Origin: an uncultured Gammaproteobacteria bacterium
GTDB lineage: Bacteria; Patescibacteriota; Microgenomatia; Daviesbacterales; UBA10151
Length of the DNA stretch: 64,000 nt
Reading direction: 5' to 3'
Assembly: GCA_964396715.1 (NCBI GenBank)
Contig: CAYNFQ010000002.1
Location: forward strand, 2,234-66,233
The position numbers and the translations under genes were made by a program. Below, piece after piece: positions 36,377 to 45,711 of the stretch. Under the pieces are notes generated by a model, which was not told where the DNA came from, searched no databases, and saw only the letters and a program-made list of their open reading frames with translations. Every line of letters begins with the position of its first letter. Positions within the stretch are counted from its first letter, which is position 1.

Positions 36377-37875
36377 GGTTCTCCAAACTGTTCCCCCAGT
36401 CCCAGTATACCAACTCCAATAATCTGAAGCAGCAAAACTGCAAAAATAACAAACAACAGTCCAATTATGGCAGATTGGAACCTGTCTCTTCCTGTCTGTA
36501 AAGTTTCCGGGTTTCCGGCAGAAGTGACCATCTGGAATGCTCCCAAAAGCATCATTAAAAAAGCCAACCCTCCGGAAATTCCCAGAATAAACTTTAAAAA
36601 GTCCTTAATGAATCCCACCGGTGAGGTATGTATACAGCCAATGGCTGTTTGGATGCCTGGATTTTTTGGATCTGCTGTATCACATGGCGTCCCTCCTGCT
36701 GTGGTTGGCGGACCTTGTGGTGTGGTTGTGGTTGGGGTTTGTTGCCCTGATCCTGGTTGAGTTATAACTCCTGTTGGAGCTGGTTGATCAGACACAACTG
36801 TTAGTTGAGCTCCTCCCTGAATGCTTGAGTTACTTAAACTTGTGACAATGATAGAATAAGAACCACCGCTTAACCCGTCTCCGAGTTGTAAATTATAAGT
36901 ACATCCTGGCCCTGAACAACTAAAAGTATTAGCCAGTAGCTTGCTGCTTATTTCAACTTTATAGGTTTCATTTGTTGAGCCGTCAACTAGCTTGATCTGT
37001 ATTGTTCTATTTTTAGAAGCACTTGCTTGTATAGTAGAAGGGTTAATTTCTACTTTTAAAGCAGTTGGAACAGGACCTTTGACTGTGAATGTTTTTTGAA
37101 TTTTATCTGATATTTCTTTTGGTATTGAGAGCGAAGTTACACCAACAACGTATGATTGATTTTCAATAAGGTTACTGCCACTAAGCTCGAATGTAACTAA
37201 TTTAGTTCCGGATACGTAGTCTAAATTTTCATCACCCTTTGTCTCACCTTTTAAAATAGTGCAAGTTTCTTTGTTAGGATCACAAAACAACTTAATATAC
37301 ACAATTGCAGCAGACCCGCCAGCCATTGTTATTCTAATTTCATAATTTGAAGCCAGAGGTTTTGTGAGTGCTACTACTACAATTACTTTTTCTGCTTTAG
37401 TAATTTCTGTTGAGGATAGTTGTATTGTTGGTATACCGATTAGTTTCTCCCAAGCGTAAGAAACCCAACCCGTTTGACCTCCTGCCCTCAGGTCCCAAGT
37501 GTCTTTGTACCCATCTCTTAAAAAAACCCTTGCGGATGTATCAGGTTGTCCATTAATCCACCTGACTACGTTCTTGATCAGAATGTTAGTATTGCCTGTT
37601 GTGCTAGCGTCAAGTTCCCTGACTCCTATACAAGGTCCGTAAGTAAATGGTCCTCTTCTTGGACAATCTCCGTCATGGGGAGTTTCAAATGTATATTTTT
37701 TATCAGGATTTTTTGTTTCAACAGTAATTTGCATATCACTATTGCTCCCGAAACTTGCATTCTCCAAGAGCTCTACTGGTCCGAACAGAATTTTGTCAGC
37801 AGCCATGACAGTGGTAGGTCTAAAAGAAACGAGAGTTAAAAAAATAGCAATTGCAGAAATAAGTATTTTGGACAT
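36373..37875 (-). CDS. large secreted protein with N-terminal Ig-like/adhesin-like region, Thr/Pro-rich linker and C-terminal VirB2/TrbC-like pilin domain
   Basis: Signal peptide; beta-rich 350 aa; PTTTTPQGPPTTAGG linker; C-terminal LGAFQMVTSAGNPETLQTGRDRFQSAIIGLLFVIFAVLLL matches the neighbouring pilins. Confidence 0.5.
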   Translation of the reverse strand: MSKILISAIAIFLTLVSFRPTTVMAADKILFGPVELLENASFGSNSDMQITVETKNPDKKYTFETPHDGDCPRRGPFTYGPCIGVRELDASTTGNTNILIKNVVRWINGQPDTSARVFLRDGYKDTWDLRAGGQTGWVSYAWEKLIGIPTIQLSSTEITKAEKVIVVVALTKPLASNYEIRITMAGGSAAIVYIKLFCDPNKETCTILKGETKGDENLDYVSGTKLVTFELSGSNLIENQSYVVGVTSLSIPKEISDKIQKTFTVKGPVPTALKVEINPSTIQASASKNRTIQIKLVDGSTNETYKVEISSKLLANTFSCSGPGCTYNLQLGDGLSGGSYSIIVTSLSNSSIQGGAQLTVVSDQPAPTGVITQPGSGQQTPTTTTPQGPPTTAGGTPCDTADPKNPGIQTAIGCIHTSPVGFIKDFLKFILGISGGLAFLMMLLGAFQMVTSAGNPETLQTGRDRFQSAIIGLLFVIFAVLLLQIIGVGILGLGEQFGEP

Positions 37876-37952
37876 TAGTTTCAGCTTACCACAATTATGT
37901 AACTAATTGTGGCTTAGCACATTTTGGCTGGAAATGGTAAAATTTTAAGATT

Positions 37953-39659
37953 ATGCCCCGTTTTCTTGCTGTATTTTTACTTGTTACTTTTGCCTTGTTA
38001 CTTGTTACTTTTCCTGTCCATGCTGATGAAATAGAGGATTTACAAAAGCAAATAAATTCTCTGAATGAGGAATATCAAAGAGTAGAGAAAGCCAAAGCTC
38101 CTTTGGAAGGACAGCTGGATTCCTTAAAAAGGCAGCTGGCCCAAATTCAAGCCACCTTAGACAATTTATCAGCCAATATAACAATAAAACAGCAGGAGCT
38201 GGATTTAAGAGAAGATAAATTGGCTTTCCAGCAGGCCCTTTTGGAGGAAAGAGTCAGGGCATATTATATCCGCTCATACCTGACAGATCCCCTTTTGGTG
38301 ATTCTTTCCTCCTTTAAGGCCGGTGATTTATTCCGCGAGCTATCCTACAGACAAACCGTGACCAGGGAAGACAAACAGGTGATCACCTCCATTACCAACC
38401 AGGTCTTAGATCTTTTAACTGAAAAAGAAAAACTGGAAAAAGATAAAGCCAGGCTCGCTCTTTTACAAGCTGATGTTGATAAAAATGCCAAGTTTTTGGG
38501 AGGGGAAATCACCAAGGCAAAGGTGTATCAGCAAGAATTATCCACAAAAATTGCTCAACTGACTGCCCGCCAGCAGGCAATCATTGCCCAAAGGCAGGCT
38601 GCTTTGGGTCTGCCTACCTCATTAGGTGCAGGTCCACTTTTCTGCACTGATGATAGAAAACTTGACCCGGGCTTTAGACCGGCCTTTGCCTTTTTCACTT
38701 ACGGTATTCCTCACAGAGTGGGTATGAACCAATACGGAGCATACGGCAGATCCCAGGCAGGCCAAAATCATGAAGATATCTTAAGAGCCTACTTTCAGGA
38801 TTTTTCTTTTGAGCAAAGACCTAACATCAATATTTCTGTTTCCGGCTACGGTTCAATGCCTTTGGAAACATATCTTTTGGGGATCTATGAAATGCCGGAC
38901 TCCTGGCCGGCTGAATCCCTCAAAGCTCAAGCTATTGCTGCCCGCTCTTATGCCTTATCCTATACCAACAACGGTTCCAAGGAAATTTGTACCACTCAAC
39001 AGTGTCAGGTTTACAAGGGTGGCAATAAAGGAGGCAATTGGGAACAGGCAGTAAAAGCAACTGAAGGCAAAACTATGATCTCAGGTGGCTCGCCTGTTAC
39101 TGCCTGGTATTCTTCAACAGACGGCGGGTACACATACACAGCCTCGGATATTGGCTGGGGAGGACGCTCTTTTACCAAAAGGTTAAGGGATACAAGCGGG
39201 GATATAGGTAGTTTTGGGGATCTTTCTTCCAAAGCTTATGACCGTGATTCCCCTTGTTTTTATGCGGCCCAGGGCTTTAGGCCTGAGTATGCAAAGTCTG
39301 CCTGGCTAAAATCAGAAGAGGTAGCGGATATTGCCAATGTGGTAATGCTTGTCAAAAGAGATAGCGGGGTTTCTGCGCATATTTACCAGACAGATAAACC
39401 TAATCCCGAGGGAGGGGAAACATGGAATGCGGATAGGGTCAAGGAGGAGTTAAGAAATAAAGGGGGCACTCCCTTTAACAGCGTATCAGGGGTATCTGTG
39501 GGGGTGGATTTCGGATCCGGCATGGTCACATCTGTCACAGTTTCAGGGGACAGGGGCTCTGAAACATTTAACGGGTCAGAATTTAAAAACTTCTTTAATC
39601 TTCGTGCCCCTGCCAATATCCAAATAGTAGGACCGCTCTTCAACGTTGAGACAAAATAA
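37953..39659 (+). CDS. SpoIID/LytB-domain peptidoglycan-remodelling protein with N-terminal coiled-coil
   Basis: Signal peptide, coiled-coil (approximately 35-200), then the SpoIID/LytB motif region YLLGIYEMPDSWPAESLKAQAIAARSYAL...QQCQVYKG. Confidence 0.65.
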   Translation: MPRFLAVFLLVTFALLLVTFPVHADEIEDLQKQINSLNEEYQRVEKAKAPLEGQLDSLKRQLAQIQATLDNLSANITIKQQELDLREDKLAFQQALLEERVRAYYIRSYLTDPLLVILSSFKAGDLFRELSYRQTVTREDKQVITSITNQVLDLLTEKEKLEKDKARLALLQADVDKNAKFLGGEITKAKVYQQELSTKIAQLTARQQAIIAQRQAALGLPTSLGAGPLFCTDDRKLDPGFRPAFAFFTYGIPHRVGMNQYGAYGRSQAGQNHEDILRAYFQDFSFEQRPNINISVSGYGSMPLETYLLGIYEMPDSWPAESLKAQAIAARSYALSYTNNGSKEICTTQQCQVYKGGNKGGNWEQAVKATEGKTMISGGSPVTAWYSSTDGGYTYTASDIGWGGRSFTKRLRDTSGDIGSFGDLSSKAYDRDSPCFYAAQGFRPEYAKSAWLKSEEVADIANVVMLVKRDSGVSAHIYQTDKPNPEGGETWNADRVKEELRNKGGTPFNSVSGVSVGVDFGSGMVTSVTVSGDRGSETFNGSEFKNFFNLRAPANIQIVGPLFNVETK

Positions 39660-39724
39660 ATTTCAAATATCAAATGTCAAATGAAATCTAAATGCCAAAT
39701 TTTTAAAATATTTGGATTTTAACA

Positions 39725-40333
39725 TTGATTTGTCATTTGGATTTTGTCATTTGGATTTTTATGGAGTATACTCCAATCATCATGTTCTCATCCTATGTTG
39801 AAAATCCCTCAAACTGCCGTTTTGAGGGCCAGGACACTGATGAAAAGATTCTTTTGCTTTTAAGGGCCCACCCCATCACCAATTTAAGATGGATAATGCC
39901 TGCGATTTTACTTTTCTTTGCCCCATTTTTTATACAGGAAATTTTTTTACTTCTGAATTTAGATTTATCAAAAGTACCGGAAACTTTTGCCATAGTTTTT
40001 TTAATCATTAACTATCTTCTGGTTTTAACTATTGTATTTGAAGGATTTTTATACTGGTACTTTAATGTCTACATTGTCACTGATAAAAATATTGTGGATG
40101 TGGATTTTCACTCCATTCTATTTAAAAATATTGATGTGGCCCCCTTAAGAAACATTGAGGATACCTCATCATCAATGGGTGGAATTTTGCATGCCGTCTT
40201 TCACTATGGTGATGTTTTTATTCAAACAGCCGGAGCATCCAGAAATATTGATTTCATATCTGTGCCAAGACCGCACCATGTGGCTGATTTTATCTTGGAT
40301 GAAGCACACAAAATTTATGGAAGGGGGACGTGA
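39725..40333 (+). CDS. hypothetical membrane protein (bPH/YdbS-like?)
   Basis: Two or three TM helices followed by a soluble domain; start may be the Met at 39758. Confidence 0.35.
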   Translation: MICHLDFVIWIFMEYTPIIMFSSYVENPSNCRFEGQDTDEKILLLLRAHPITNLRWIMPAILLFFAPFFIQEIFLLLNLDLSKVPETFAIVFLIINYLLVLTIVFEGFLYWYFNVYIVTDKNIVDVDFHSILFKNIDVAPLRNIEDTSSSMGGILHAVFHYGDVFIQTAGASRNIDFISVPRPHHVADFILDEAHKIYGRGT

Positions 40334-40569
40334 TGCCTACTACCACCCCGATTAATTTTTTTGATTCAGAGGCAGTTTTGATATTTTTAAAGATCGCCAT
40401 TTTGATAATTTTGCTTTTTTACGCTATATTTGCTCTGATGGTTGTCAGACAAGTGGATTTGATGAATCAGACTTTGATTACTAAAATATCAGCTATCCTT
40501 AAAGTCTTTTCTATAGTTCATGCCGGAGTTGCCATCGGGCTAATTATTTTAGCCTGGGGAATACTATGA
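40330..40569 (+). CDS. hypothetical small two-TM membrane protein
   Basis: 79 aa, overlaps both neighbours by 4 bp. Confidence 0.35.
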   Translation: MMPTTTPINFFDSEAVLIFLKIAILIILLFYAIFALMVVRQVDLMNQTLITKISAILKVFSIVHAGVAIGLIILAWGIL

Positions 40570-42374
40570 ACTTAAAGATAGCTCAAGTTATTGGGCTCAA
40601 CACTGACCAGAAAGCTGCCCAGGTGCTTTCTTCGCAACAGGAAGAAAAGGGCACTTTTTTGGCAGTTTGCGAACTGGTCTGTGATGATGCTTTTACCCGC
40701 GGCAGGCAGATTCTGTCCGATCTTTTGGATTTCTATTTTGAATTTGAAGGTTCAATACCGGAAAAACTGAATGCTGCTTTCAAGGAGGCTGAAGCGAAAC
40801 TTTTAGAAATTGACGGTGTTAATTTGGTGCTTTCGGCAATTTCAGGTAAAGCTTTATACTTAATAGCCCGCGGGCAGGTTGAGGTTTACCTGAAAAGAGA
40901 GGACAAACTCTCGTCACTGTTGTCTGTCGGAAGGCAGGCTCAGTTAATCTCGGGTTTTCTCAAGGAAGGCGACAGGCTGCTTTTTGCCACAAAAAACCTA
41001 ATCACTTTTTTAGGTGCGGATTTAGCCAAATCTTTGGATCTGCCGATAGAAACGTTTGAGGAAGAGATTTCGGATAGGGTGGGGGCTTCTGATTTGGAGA
41101 ATCAGGGACTGGCAGCTCTGGCTTTGGAGGTTGAAGCGGATCAAGAGGCGGCCATTGAAAATTTGGAAGAGAAGGAAACTGCCGGTATTCAGAAATCTTC
41201 TAAAATTTCAATAGTTAAAAATATCGGCTTCAATCTTGTCGGTTTTATCTTAAAATCCGGAAAATATTTCCCCAAAGGGGGCAGGGAAAGGCTGATTTTG
41301 GCGGTAGTTTTGATCATGATATTAGTGGCTGGTTTGGGCTTTAAATATATCAGTTCCAAAAATGAGCAAAAACAGGCTCAATTTCAAAAAATTTTACAAG
41401 AGGCACAAGATGATTTTAATGGGGCCAAGGGTTTAACCACACTTTCTCCTGCCGAGGCCAAAGCAAGATTGGATGCTGCCAAAGAAAAAATTAACAAAGC
41501 GCTCAATCTGGATGCCAAGAACAAAAATGCCCTGGATTTAAAACAGCAAATAGAAGAACAGTCAAGCTCAATTTTACAGCAGGTTTCCGTTGCCCAGTTC
41601 CCGGAATTTTTAGATATGGATTTGGTTAAAAAAAACTTCAGGGCTAAGAGTTTGAGTTTGTCGGCAGGCAAACTGCTGCTTTTAGATCCTGCGGTTAAAA
41701 CCTTAGGTTTAGTGGATACTGCCAAAAAAAGCAACCAGATTCTGGCAGGAGAAAGCCAGCTTGGGGATGGGCTTTTTGCTTCTTTGAATGGTGAAATGGC
41801 CTTTGTCTACTCCCAGGATAAGGGTTTACTCAGGATTGATTCTACCAATCAAAAAGTGACAACTGTTTCCCAAAATGATGAAGGCTGGGGGGATATCTTG
41901 GATATGTATGGTTTTGCCGGCAATATTTACTTGTTAGACTCTCTCAAAAACCAAATATGGAAATACTTGCCAACTGCTGAGGGATATTCGGATAAGAGAG
42001 AATACTTGACGAAAGATACGAAGGTAGATTTGGCAAATGCCCTCAGAATGCAGATTGAATCTTCTGTCTATATTTTGAAGCAAGGTGGAGAAATTTTAAG
42101 ATTTACCAGGGGGGCAAAAGACAACTTTGGTTTAGAGGGTTTACCTTCAGGAGTAAAAGACCCAAAAAGTTTCTTTGTTTCATCAGACACAGATAATTTA
42201 TATGTCTTGGATTCGGGTAATTCCAGGCTGCTGATCTTGACCAAAATTGGAGCTTACAAAGGGCAGATGGCAGGAGAAAAATTTGGTTCAGCTTCTGATT
42301 TGGTGGTGGATGAGAAGGGGAAGAAAGTGTATCTTTTAGAAGGAAGCAAGATATTTCAAGTGGACTTGAAATAG
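40566..42374 (+). CDS. hypothetical membrane-anchored protein with C-terminal beta-propeller-like region
   Basis: 602 aa, central TM LILAVVLIMILVAGLGF, repetitive beta-strand-rich C-terminus. Confidence 0.4.
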   Translation: MNLKIAQVIGLNTDQKAAQVLSSQQEEKGTFLAVCELVCDDAFTRGRQILSDLLDFYFEFEGSIPEKLNAAFKEAEAKLLEIDGVNLVLSAISGKALYLIARGQVEVYLKREDKLSSLLSVGRQAQLISGFLKEGDRLLFATKNLITFLGADLAKSLDLPIETFEEEISDRVGASDLENQGLAALALEVEADQEAAIENLEEKETAGIQKSSKISIVKNIGFNLVGFILKSGKYFPKGGRERLILAVVLIMILVAGLGFKYISSKNEQKQAQFQKILQEAQDDFNGAKGLTTLSPAEAKARLDAAKEKINKALNLDAKNKNALDLKQQIEEQSSSILQQVSVAQFPEFLDMDLVKKNFRAKSLSLSAGKLLLLDPAVKTLGLVDTAKKSNQILAGESQLGDGLFASLNGEMAFVYSQDKGLLRIDSTNQKVTTVSQNDEGWGDILDMYGFAGNIYLLDSLKNQIWKYLPTAEGYSDKREYLTKDTKVDLANALRMQIESSVYILKQGGEILRFTRGAKDNFGLEGLPSGVKDPKSFFVSSDTDNLYVLDSGNSRLLILTKIGAYKGQMAGEKFGSASDLVVDEKGKKVYLLEGSKIFQVDLK

Positions 42375-42447
42375 TGATTAGCGTTTAGGGTACAGCGTAT
42401 AGTTGAATTTGAATAACTAAACGCTATACGCTATTCTCTATACGCTT

Positions 42448-42885
42448 ATGAAGATAATTAACAAAAAAGCCCTTCATAATTATCATATCCTGGAATCTCT
42501 GGAAGCAGGTATAGTTCTATCCGGAGGAGAAGTGAAATCTATCAGGGGTGGAAGGTTGGATTTAGGGGAATCTCATGTCAGAGTTTTAGGGTCTGAAGCT
42601 TTTTTAATAAATGCCCACATTCCTCCATATCAGGGATCATATGAAGGTTACGATCCGCAAAGATCAAGAAAACTGCTTTTGCATAAAACTCAAATAAACT
42701 CACTTATTGGTAAGGTATCAAAAGGGGGAATAACTTTAGTTCCAGTCTCAATTTATGAAAAAAACAACAGGTTTAAGGTGGAAATAGGTTTAGCAAAGAG
42801 CAAAAAAGAGTTTGACAAGCGCCGGGGGATTAAAGAAAAAGATCAGATAAGACGTGTGGAGCAGGAGCTTCGCGGTAAAGAATAA
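42448..42885 (+). CDS. smpB: SsrA-binding protein SmpB
   Basis: Characteristic SmpB sequence (NKKALHNY...GGEVKSIR...LLLHKTQI). Confidence 0.9.
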   Translation: MKIINKKALHNYHILESLEAGIVLSGGEVKSIRGGRLDLGESHVRVLGSEAFLINAHIPPYQGSYEGYDPQRSRKLLLHKTQINSLIGKVSKGGITLVPVSIYEKNNRFKVEIGLAKSKKEFDKRRGIKEKDQIRRVEQELRGKE

Positions 42886-42966
42886 ATTTAGTATAAAAGT
42901 AAGTTGTACTTGATGCAATTATTATATTACTCTATAATATAGAAAGTTAGAAAGGAGGAAATTCTT

Positions 42967-43224
42967 ATGCAGCAATTTTATCAGGAGGAAATTGTCAAAA
43001 TTCAACCAAAGGGTTTAGTAACTATCCCCAAAAAATTCCGTAATGAATTAGGTTTTGCAGAAAATAGTTTGGTGAGAATTAAAGAAGAGAAAGGAAGATT
43101 AGTGATGGAGGCTGTGCGTACTCTCTCCTATCCTGTTAGAAGTTATACAGATTCGGAGATTGATCAGTTTTTTGAGCTTGATGAAAAAGAATCAAAGGAT
43201 TTGAGAAAAAAGGGGTTGTTGTAG
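42967..43224 (+). CDS. AbrB/SpoVT-type antitoxin
   Basis: KGLVTIPKKFRNELGF motif; RBS GGAGGAAAT. Confidence 0.5.
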   Translation: MQQFYQEEIVKIQPKGLVTIPKKFRNELGFAENSLVRIKEEKGRLVMEAVRTLSYPVRSYTDSEIDQFFELDEKESKDLRKKGLL

Positions 43225-43649
43225 TGGCGAAGAGAACCCCGTCTGTCTTATTTAATGCCTCAGTTATTTTAGCAGGTTTTAAATCTCCAACAGGTGGTTC
43301 AGCTAAGGTGATCTCATGGGTTGAAGAAGGAAAAATCAAAGGGGTAATCTCCGAAGTAATCTTAGATGAAATTTTAAGAAATGCTCAAAAAATTAGCTTT
43401 GATAGAATGAAATTGAATAAAAAAATTGAGAAAAATTTTAAGATAAGGACAGCACCAAAACAAGAAACTGTAGATCAATTTAAAAGTATTGTTTTGAATT
43501 TTGGAGATGCTCATGTATTGGCATCATGTCAAGAATCCAAAGCAGATTTTCTGGTGACACTAGATCGAAAACATCTGTTAGTTTTAAAAAATCAAATAAA
43601 AAAATTTAAGATATTTACTCCCGGGCAGTTAATTGAGATTTTAAGTTAG
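43224..43649 (+). CDS. PIN-domain toxin (PIN_3-like)
   Basis: 141 aa, overlapping the antitoxin stop; conserved acidic residues (LDEIL..., VTLDRKHL). Confidence 0.55.
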   Translation: MAKRTPSVLFNASVILAGFKSPTGGSAKVISWVEEGKIKGVISEVILDEILRNAQKISFDRMKLNKKIEKNFKIRTAPKQETVDQFKSIVLNFGDAHVLASCQESKADFLVTLDRKHLLVLKNQIKKFKIFTPGQLIEILS

Positions 43650-43669
43650 GTAATAACACTGACTTAGAA

Positions 43670-44107
43670 TAATGGGTGGAGATGGGCGGTTTGAACCGCC
43701 GTCCAAAATTGTGACTTTTAAAACTTCTACAAGCTTATCTTTACTATATTTTTGAGTGTTAATTTGTAACCGTAAAGAAGGAAGATTAACACTTAATCCA
43801 AATTTCTTGGTTCTGATTATGGATTAGATATCAGAAGCTGCATCCTGACTGGGTACATTACTTTAGGTTCTAGCCAGAAAAAGAATTCTAAAATAGATGC
43901 TTTAAGTTCTAGCGTATGCAACAGGAGTAAATACTCCAGTTACACCTGCAAAAAGTTTTGCAACTTCTTGCTCTGCCATTGCTTTGGCATCACGGACAAG
44001 TTTATTGCCGTTTGTTGTTTGAAACAGTATTTTACGTTTAATGTTTCCTTAACAGCTTGCAGTTTTTAAAGAGCAATCCTGTCGAGACTATACATCCCCA
44101 GGTCATT
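43670..44107 (-). ncRNA. ssrA: tmRNA (SsrA)
   Basis: 5' end GGGGAUGUAUAGUCUCGACAGGAU matches the tmRNA consensus GGGGcUGauUcuGGAUUCGACGGGAU. 3' tRNA-like end GGACGGCGGUUCAAACCGCCCAUCUCCACC(CA). Adjacent to smpB. Confidence 0.7.
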
Positions 44108-44142
44108 ATATTACCATATGATCAGATCAGAAGCAAATTTTA

Positions 44143-44841
44143 ATGAACTTTTTATTAGATATTTTATTTTCCAAAAAATGCGTAGGCTGTAAAAAAGAGG
44201 GTAGCTATTTTTGTCAGGGTTGTGTCTTAAATATTTTGCAAACAGATTTGGTTTGTCCAAGATGCGAAAAATTGGCAGTCGGAGGCCAGACCCACCCTAT
44301 TTGCCAAAGAAAATATGGTTTAGACGGGCTTTGGAGTTTAGGGATTTATAAGGATCCTCTGCGATCCGCCATCCAGCAGCTTAAATATAAAGGGGTTAAA
44401 GAGCTGGCAGAAATTCTGGTCAATATAACCTTGGAGTATTGGGCAAAATACCAGCCTTTTATTTTAGACCAAATAAAAAGGGACAGAGGAAAAGGCTGGG
44501 TGGTGATACCTGTTCCTTTGCATTGGTGGAGAGCTAACAGCAGGGGATTTAACCAGGCATCTCTTATAGGACAAATTTTATCCAAAAAATTAGGTTTGGA
44601 CTATTGTGATGGGTTAAAACGTATTCGTTACACCAGGTCTCAGGTAAAACTAAAAGGCAAACAGAGAAAGAAAAATATTTCTGGTGCTTTTGGGGTGACT
44701 TCTAACTATACCCTATACCCTAAACCCTACACCCTACTCATTGACGATGTCTGGACTACTGGTTCAACTTTAAAAGAATGCTGCTATGTTTTAAAAAGAA
44801 ACGGTGCCAAAAAGGTTTGGGCCCTAACTTTGGCTAGATAG
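44143..44841 (+). CDS. comFC: competence protein ComFC (double zinc ribbon + phosphoribosyltransferase)
   Basis: N-terminal CxxC x4; C-terminal LLIDDVWTTGSTL PRTase motif; contains an in-frame dispersed-repeat insertion. Confidence 0.8.
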   Translation: MNFLLDILFSKKCVGCKKEGSYFCQGCVLNILQTDLVCPRCEKLAVGGQTHPICQRKYGLDGLWSLGIYKDPLRSAIQQLKYKGVKELAEILVNITLEYWAKYQPFILDQIKRDRGKGWVVIPVPLHWWRANSRGFNQASLIGQILSKKLGLDYCDGLKRIRYTRSQVKLKGKQRKKNISGAFGVTSNYTLYPKPYTLLIDDVWTTGSTLKECCYVLKRNGAKKVWALTLAR

Positions 44842-44872
44842 TGAATCCCCGTTCTGGTAAAATGAGGCAATT

Positions 44873-44962
44873 GGAGGAGTCGCATAGTGGCCGAGTGCCG
44901 CGCAGTGCTAATGCGCTATACCTGTAAGGGTATCGTGGGTTCGAATCCCACCTCCTCCGCCA
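44873..44962 (+). tRNA. tRNA-Ser(GCU), CCA encoded
   Basis: Hand fold: acceptor GGAGGAG/CTCCTCC, anticodon loop GTGCTAA, long variable arm, T-loop TTCGAAT. Confidence 0.8.
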
Positions 44963-44989
44963 GGTTATAACCCTGAGTGTAATCGAAGG

Positions 44990-45077
44990 GGAGAGGTCGC
45001 CTAGCGGTTTTATGGCGGAAGTCTTGAAAACTTCTAGGGGCGCAAGTCCCTCGTGGGTTCGAATCCCACCCTCTCCG
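44990..45077 (+). tRNA. tRNA-Ser(UGA)
   Basis: Acceptor GGAGAGG/CCTCTCC, anticodon loop CTTGAAA, long variable arm, T-loop TTCGAAT. Confidence 0.8.
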
Positions 45078-45125
45078 CAGATTCAGATACTTGACTGGTT
45101 ATCCGCCAGGGCGTACAGTAAAATC

Positions 45126-45710
45126 ATGAGGCAAACGTCTGTCCTGGTGCCGATCAGTTTGTCGGCTGTAGTCGTTGCAACCTATGTTCTTCGCAGAACA
45201 CTTCAAGAAACCGGCTTTCCAATTGACCCTTATTACGCCATTCTTTTTGCCTTACCAATTTTCCTTATTCTTTTCAAAAAATTCTCTTTCGCTGATTTAG
45301 GGTTTAGAGTAGGTAAACCCCTTGTTGGAATATTTTTTATATTCTTAATTCCGGTAATTTTATATTTAAGATGGTATTTTATGGGACGTCAATTCATTTT
45401 GCCTGTGGATTTACCATTAATGCTTTTGATTGGTTCTTTTGCCGAAGAATTTTTCTTCCGGGGGTACCTGCAGGAAGATTTTAAAAAAAGATTTGGCGGG
45501 AATATCTGGATCAGTTTGGTTATTACCAATATTATTTTTGCCTCGGTTCACTTGGTTAAAGGTTATTCTTTGCCGGCTGCTGGTATAACTGGGCTGATAG
45601 GTACTTATTTTGGGATTACCAAAGATGAGCAAGGAGGAAATTCTTTGTTTTACTCCATGGCTGCTCATGGTTTATATAACTTAATTGCTATTTCTGTAAT
45701 GCCATTATAG
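45126..45710 (+). CDS. CPBP-family (CAAX/Abi) intramembrane glutamic protease
   Basis: EEFFFRGYLQ and FASVHL motifs. Start moved to 45126 because the track ORF start at 45012 overlaps tRNA-Ser. Confidence 0.7.
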   Translation: MRQTSVLVPISLSAVVVATYVLRRTLQETGFPIDPYYAILFALPIFLILFKKFSFADLGFRVGKPLVGIFFIFLIPVILYLRWYFMGRQFILPVDLPLMLLIGSFAEEFFFRGYLQEDFKKRFGGNIWISLVITNIIFASVHLVKGYSLPAAGITGLIGTYFGITKDEQGGNSLFYSMAAHGLYNLIAISVMPL

Positions 45711-45711
45711 T

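Noticed and set aside
45012-45125. N-terminal extension of the CPBP protease ORF
   Set aside because: Would be translated through tRNA-Ser(UGA); the start was moved to the Met at 45126.
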